64,000 nucleotides of DNA from Candidatus Calditenuaceae archaeon HR02 (GTDB lineage Archaea > Thermoproteota > Nitrososphaeria_A > Caldarchaeales > Calditenuaceae). Shown one piece after another: positions 59,022 to 64,000 of this stretch. The notes under the pieces are model-generated. The model had not been told where the DNA came from. It worked only from the letters and a program-made list of their open reading frames with translations, and ran no database searches. Both the position numbers and the translations under genes were made by a program. The stretch is taken from positions 1 to 64,000 of the forward strand of contig BEHE01000001.1 of assembly GCA_002898395.1 (NCBI GenBank). The letters run 5' to 3'. Position 1 is the first letter of the stretch. Every line of letters begins with the position of its first letter.

Positions 59022-59437
59022 TCCTCCACACCTCTCGGTGGGTTGAGAACCTTAAAACCCATAGAAGTTGCTTTTTCATAAATTCTGAGCTTGCTCCTTG
59101 CACCCAGTGAGCCTGCGAGCCTAACCGCGTGAATGCTTGGGTCGAGACCCTCTAGCTCTGAGACACTGTGTACCAATACTTCGCGGAAGCCTGATGGGTG
59201 CAGCCCCCTGAATTTACGGGGGGACCGGTAGCCAACCTTGGCCAGCGGCGGCCACCCCCTCTTCTGAAGTCTCATCTTACTATCCTTCCCCCGCGGCCTC
59301 CTCCACTTCTCTCCCAGACGGACATACCTCCAGGCCTCCTGCCTCACAAACTTGGGCCTCTCCTTTCTCATCCGGAGTACGGACCGCGGGATCTTGATGG
59401 CCGCCTTCCTCTTAGCCTCCCCGCCTTCCTCAGACAT
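59018..59437 (-). CDS. rpl32e: 50S ribosomal protein L32e
   Basis: WRRPRGKDSKMR, GYRSP...GLHPSG, KVLNP. Confidence 0.96.
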   Translation of the reverse strand: MSEEGGEAKRKAAIKIPRSVLRMRKERPKFVRQEAWRYVRLGEKWRRPRGKDSKMRLQKRGWPPLAKVGYRSPRKFRGLHPSGFREVLVHSVSELEGLDPSIHAVRLAGSLGARSKLRIYEKATSMGFKVLNPPRGVEE

Positions 59438-59511
59438 CCACTCTTCTCCATCTCCCCGTCTATAAAAACCCGACACGAATATAGCCCCCCAGTCGCCATT
59501 CTATCTGGCAG

Positions 59512-61056
59512 TTGCCGAGCATCTGCCTTTCATTCGAAGTGCACCAGCCCTATAGACTAAATACTAGGCTGAGAGGGGAGGACTTCTCTAAGATCGGGGC
59601 TGGAGACCTCCCTGAGGCATTCTTCGATAACGCCCTCAACAGGGAGATTTTCCTCAGGGTTGCTAGGAAGTGCTACATACCAGCCAACGATATCATCCTG
59701 AGGGCTATAGATGAAGCTAAGTCTTTGGGGAGGGAGTTTAAGGTTAACTTCAGCGTGTCAGGCGTCTTCCTAGAGCAGGCTGAGAAGTGGGCGCCAGAGG
59801 TCATAGAGCAGTTCAGGATGATGGTTGAGAGCGGGAATGTTGAGTTACTTGAGCAGACGTATTACCATTCTCTCGCCAGCCTGTATGGGGGTGATAGTAA
59901 TGAGTTTAAGGAGCAGGTTGCGATGCATCGTGAGGCGGTCAAATCTCTTTTCGGATATGAGCCAAGGGTCTTTGAGAATACGGAGCTACTCTACAACAAC
60001 TCGGTGGCTAAAGCTGTCTGGGAGATGGGGTATAAGGGAATTATAATAGAAGGCGTGGAGAGGGTTTTGCAGAACCGCTCACCTAACCGCCTCTACATAG
60101 CTGCTGGAACGGGTCTCAAGGTCATGACCAGGAACTATAGGCTCTCAGACGACATAGCCTTCAGATTTTCGGAGAGGTCTTGGCCCGGATACCCCCTCAC
60201 AGCCGAGAAATATGCGGCATGGCTGGCCGCAACTCCAGGAGACTACATATTGATATTCATAGACTATGAGACGTTTGGGGAGCACCACTGGCCTGAGTCG
60301 GGGATACACGACTTTCTGAGACACCTACCCCGCGAGGTTTTGAGACATGAGAACCTGACCTTCAACACAGCGTCAGAGGTCGTAGAGAGGTTTGAGGCCT
60401 CAGACGTCATATCGGTGGGTGAGTTGGAGACAATATCTTGGGCCGATGTGGAGAAGAGCACAGACGCATGGCTCGGCAACGACATGCAGATGACATGCTT
60501 TAACGCTTTGAAGAGGGCGGAGAAGGCTGTTAAGAGGACTGGGTCGCAGAATATACTCCGGGCGTGGAGGACCTTGCAGATAAGCGATCACCTATACTAC
60601 ATGTATTCGAGACGCGGCCCTTCAGGCGTGGTCCACGCATACTTCGGCTACACAGACCAGATGAACATGTACTACGCCATGTTGAGGGCACTATCACACC
60701 TTCAATTCCTAGCCTCGGAGGCGATAGGGGGTTCGGAGGGCGAGGCTGTCAGGCTCCTAAGGGTTGTCCCACCAGACAGAGCCTTCCATTACCACGAAGA
60801 TGGGAGATACATCGGGCTCTCGGCCCACTCACTCTACGAGCTTCTACATACAATCCCTCTGGCGACAAGGGAATCCATACTCTTTCACATGGCTTGTAAG
60901 CATTTGGAGAGGTGGGTGAGATGGACGATTGGAGACGGGGCGCTGGCAGACAGAGTTAGGGAGATCGAGGCAGACACGAGCGAGGAGTTGGTCGAAAGGC
61001 TGACTAGGATTATAAAGGAGAGGATTAGTGAGCTAGAGTCCCGCATAGCAGCCTAG
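59512..61056 (+). CDS. Glycoside hydrolase family 57 alpha-amylase with C-terminal DUF5752-like domain
   Basis: FEVHQP, ENTEL, SDDIAFRF, DYETFGEH, SDHLYYM; tail PPDRAFHY...FH...ERWV. Confidence 0.9.
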   Translation: MPSICLSFEVHQPYRLNTRLRGEDFSKIGAGDLPEAFFDNALNREIFLRVARKCYIPANDIILRAIDEAKSLGREFKVNFSVSGVFLEQAEKWAPEVIEQFRMMVESGNVELLEQTYYHSLASLYGGDSNEFKEQVAMHREAVKSLFGYEPRVFENTELLYNNSVAKAVWEMGYKGIIIEGVERVLQNRSPNRLYIAAGTGLKVMTRNYRLSDDIAFRFSERSWPGYPLTAEKYAAWLAATPGDYILIFIDYETFGEHHWPESGIHDFLRHLPREVLRHENLTFNTASEVVERFEASDVISVGELETISWADVEKSTDAWLGNDMQMTCFNALKRAEKAVKRTGSQNILRAWRTLQISDHLYYMYSRRGPSGVVHAYFGYTDQMNMYYAMLRALSHLQFLASEAIGGSEGEAVRLLRVVPPDRAFHYHEDGRYIGLSAHSLYELLHTIPLATRESILFHMACKHLERWVRWTIGDGALADRVREIEADTSEELVERLTRIIKERISELESRIAA

Positions 61057-62591
61057 GATTCGATGTCTCTAAGCCAGTTCCTCGAACGGGACACGGCCGC
61101 CCTCCAGGCCCTCAACCCCCTCACCCTCCGCTCAGCTGACCAGCGCGGGCGGAATACAGCTGAGGCACGCCACATCCCTCTCAACTCCTCTACATCCCGC
61201 CAGACACCCGCTGCGAGACCTGCTGCATAGGCAGCCCCAAGCGAAGTGGTCTCGGTAAACTCCGGCCTAACGACCTCACATCCTAAAACGTCTGCCTGCA
61301 ACTGCATCAGCACGTCGTTCATAGATGCGCCCCCGTCAACGCGAAGCACCGACAACTTCACCCCAGTGTCCCTGTAAATCGATTCGACAACGTCGTAGGT
61401 CTGCCAGCAGATGCTCTCGAGGGCCGCATAGACAATGTGCTCCCTCCTCGAGTATGCTGATAAGCCTATTATTAGCCCCCGAGCAGAGGGGTCCCAGTAG
61501 GGTGCGAAGAGGCCACTGAATGCTGGAACAAAATACACGCCTGCTGACCCCTCATCCCCAGCCCTAGCAGCGACCTCACCGCTCTCCCTCGGAGAGCTTA
61601 TAAGCCCAATATTCTCCGACAGCCACTTGAGTAGTGAGCCGGCAATAGCTATCGATCCCTCCATAGCATAGACAGCCCTGCCCCTCTCCATGCTGTAAGC
61701 CACGGTTGTCAGAAGCCCATGCTGTGAAAGAACCGGCCTCTCTCCTATATTCTGTAGCAGAAAGCATCCTGTACCATACGTGTTCTTCGCATCTCCTACA
61801 GAGTAACATGTCTGGCCGAATAGGGCTGCCTGCTGGTCGCCGAGGTCTCCACACACTGGGACCACACCATCAACCATCCCCCACAGATCTGTATATCCGT
61901 AACAATCCCTCGAGATACTTGGGAGGGGCTGGGGCATGATCTCGGCCGGTATCCCAAAGAGCTTTAGCAGCTCCTCAGACCATTCCAGCTTCTCGATGTC
62001 GAAAAGCATGGTTCTAGAGGCGTTTGTATAGTCAGTGACATGGACCCCACCCCTATTTTCCCCGACACCCCTGGTCAGATTCCAGATCAGCCAGGTGTCC
62101 ATTGTCCCGAAGGCTAGCTCTCCTGTCTTGGCTAGCTCAGCAGCCTTTGGGACGTTCTTGAGTATCCACTCTATCTTCGTTGCGGAGAAATAGGTTGATG
62201 CGTAGAGGCCTGTGAGCCTGTGGATTGGGTCCGTCTCCAGCCCCTCCGCCCTAAGTTGGTCACACCGCTCCCTTGTCCTCGTATCCTGCCATACGATTGC
62301 GTTGTAGACTGGCATCCCCGTCCTCCTATTCCATATAACCGTAGTCTCCCGCTGGTTTGTCACACCCACTGCGACGACGCTCCTCTTTCCCGCGGGCAGA
62401 CCCCTCAGCGCCTCTCCCACCACGTATTTCGTCGCCTCTAGTATCTCCACCGGGTTGTGCTCAACCCACCCTGGCCTCGGATAGATGTTAGTATGCTCCT
62501 TATACGCCCAAGAAAGTGGCCGCCCAGCTTCATCAGCTACCAGACACCTAGTACCGGTCGTTCCCTGATCAATGGAGACAATGTACCTCAA
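61053..62591 (-). CDS. glpK: Glycerol kinase
   Basis: DQGTTG, TNQRETT, WQDTRT, DQQAALFGQ, KNTYGTG, VDGG; start placed at TTG 62591. Confidence 0.96.
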   Translation of the reverse strand: MRYIVSIDQGTTGTRCLVADEAGRPLSWAYKEHTNIYPRPGWVEHNPVEILEATKYVVGEALRGLPAGKRSVVAVGVTNQRETTVIWNRRTGMPVYNAIVWQDTRTRERCDQLRAEGLETDPIHRLTGLYASTYFSATKIEWILKNVPKAAELAKTGELAFGTMDTWLIWNLTRGVGENRGGVHVTDYTNASRTMLFDIEKLEWSEELLKLFGIPAEIMPQPLPSISRDCYGYTDLWGMVDGVVPVCGDLGDQQAALFGQTCYSVGDAKNTYGTGCFLLQNIGERPVLSQHGLLTTVAYSMERGRAVYAMEGSIAIAGSLLKWLSENIGLISSPRESGEVAARAGDEGSAGVYFVPAFSGLFAPYWDPSARGLIIGLSAYSRREHIVYAALESICWQTYDVVESIYRDTGVKLSVLRVDGGASMNDVLMQLQADVLGCEVVRPEFTETTSLGAAYAAGLAAGVWRDVEELRGMWRASAVFRPRWSAERRVRGLRAWRAAVSRSRNWLRDIES

Positions 62592-62752
62592 GTCCAGAAC
62601 CCCATGTGAGGAGTGCGGTAATATCCTTTGCGGACAGCACACTGACACTCCTCCTTATGCAACTATCCATAAAGGGTCTTCCAAAAGTGCTTTAACCACT
62701 GTGGGGATACTGGTGAACTATTTTATCCACGTATCAATGCGTTGGGGTAGGC

Positions 62753-63325
62753 TTGAAGGTTAGGTGTAAACATTGTGGCAGAGAGTTTTCCTCGGAAACA
62801 GCTCTCAAGAGGCACATCAAGGACCTCCACAAATCATACTACTATGCGCCGAGAATAATCTTAGCAGTAGCTGTCGCCTTATTGCTAGTGGCCGCTGGAG
62901 CCTTTCTACTTACGAGGCAAGGGCTGGGGGCCCCTATCTCAGGCATTGAGTGCCATAGCGGAGAGGCGGTGAGCTATCATGTCCACACACTGCTCGAGAT
63001 ATATTTGAAGGGTGAGAAGGTTAAGATCCCCGCCAATATTGGGATTATACCCGGCCACTGCATGTACTGGCTCCACACACATGACGAGACAGGACTAATA
63101 CATGTCGAGGCTCCCCGACAGATGAAGTTTACACTTGGTCAGTTCTTTGACGTCTGGGGGCAACAGCTATCAAGCGATAATGTACTTGGAATAGACCTAG
63201 CGTCCTCCAATCTAGAAATGAGAATGTACGTCGATGGTGAAAGATATTTGGGAGACCCACGCGAGATTGAATTAGTTGATAATAGGCTCATAATCCTGGA
63301 TATTGGACCACCATTCGCTAAATAG
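62753..63325 (+). CDS. C2H2 zinc finger + TM + His-rich extracytoplasmic domain protein
   Basis: CKHCGREFSSETALKRHIKDLH; TM; HVH...IPANIGI...LHTHDETGLIHVE...FTLGQFF..WG. Confidence 0.8.
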   Translation: MKVRCKHCGREFSSETALKRHIKDLHKSYYYAPRIILAVAVALLLVAAGAFLLTRQGLGAPISGIECHSGEAVSYHVHTLLEIYLKGEKVKIPANIGIIPGHCMYWLHTHDETGLIHVEAPRQMKFTLGQFFDVWGQQLSSDNVLGIDLASSNLEMRMYVDGERYLGDPREIELVDNRLIILDIGPPFAK

Positions 63326-63402
63326 ACCTATACTTACGCCGCCCTCCGCCGCATCTGTGAATAATGGGGGCGACAATTCGTTAAAGAGGCAGCTTATGGA
63401 GA

Positions 63403-63930
63403 ATGTTGACGATGCTGAGCCTGCTGGTGGCGGTAATCTATGTACTCCCCGCATATATCGCCAACGGGACACCAGTAGTTGTTCTAAGATTCGCTGGACG
63501 CGGTCATCCCCTCGATATGAGGATGGTCATGCGGGATGGTAGGAGGCTATTAGGCGATGGCAAGACTGTAGAGGGACTGGTCTCTGGCCTATCTGCAGGC
63601 CTAGCTGCAGCTGTTCTGCTCTACACATTTTTGCCTGGAGTCTATAGGGGTATCCTCGAGTGTGGGCTAATGCCAATAGGCGCGATGGCAGGCGACATAC
63701 TGGGGTCCTTCCTCAAGAGGAGGCTAGGGATTGAGCGGGGCGGGAGTGCACCAGTCCTTGACCAGCTCGGCTTTCTGCTGATGGCGCTGCTACTTGCGTG
63801 GCTACCCTACGGGCCACCCGGCTGGTTGGATCCACTTGCATTCCTCCTACTCCTCTTAGTCACTGCCCTCCTCCACGTCTCCACCAACGTCCTAGCTTAT
63901 CTTGCGGGACTGAAAGAGAAATGGTACTGA
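63403..63930 (+). CDS. carS: CDP-archaeol synthase
   Basis: PAYIANG, DGRRLLGDGKT.EG, GDILGSFLKRR, LDQLGF, N..AY..GLK. Confidence 0.93.
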   Translation: MLTMLSLLVAVIYVLPAYIANGTPVVVLRFAGRGHPLDMRMVMRDGRRLLGDGKTVEGLVSGLSAGLAAAVLLYTFLPGVYRGILECGLMPIGAMAGDILGSFLKRRLGIERGGSAPVLDQLGFLLMALLLAWLPYGPPGWLDPLAFLLLLLVTALLHVSTNVLAYLAGLKEKWY

Positions 63931-64000
63931 GAATCATAACCAGTATATAGTAGCAGGTTCCCGGATACTAGATTAGATGAGAAGATACAGGATCAAGGTG

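Noticed and set aside
1-64000. CRISPR array, rRNA genes, transposases
   Set aside because: No regularly spaced direct repeats, rRNA signatures or transposase motifs were seen

Overview
Gene-dense 64 kb segment of an archaeal chromosome from the TACK group, most consistent with Aigarchaeota/Caldarchaeales or a close relative. The lineage call is inferred from the co-occurrence of crenactin, an archaeal histone, TBP, aEF-1alpha, aIF-2beta, CarS and a two-intron tRNA. Most genes are housekeeping (ribosomal proteins in fragmented operons, ThrRS, ArgRS, tRNA/rRNA modification, glycerol and carbohydrate metabolism). Highlights: (1) a Ribophorin I/Ost1-like membrane protein next to an AglH/GPT glycosylation cluster that also contains an apparently catalytically dead UDP-sugar dehydrogenase; (2) crenactin directly downstream of a zinc-ribbon plus CdvA-like coiled-coil gene, divergent from a histone; (3) two separate HerA-NurA pairs without mre11/rad50 in the window; (4) a ThrRS joining an archaeal editing domain to a bacterial-type catalytic core; (5) an HsdR-N nuclease with a SeqA-like domain and a substituted catalytic Glu; (6) LAGLIDADG endonuclease remnants; (7) an unannotated Cys-rich microprotein. 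No CRISPR array, rRNA or transposase was seen. All family assignments come from motif recognition by eye, not database searches.
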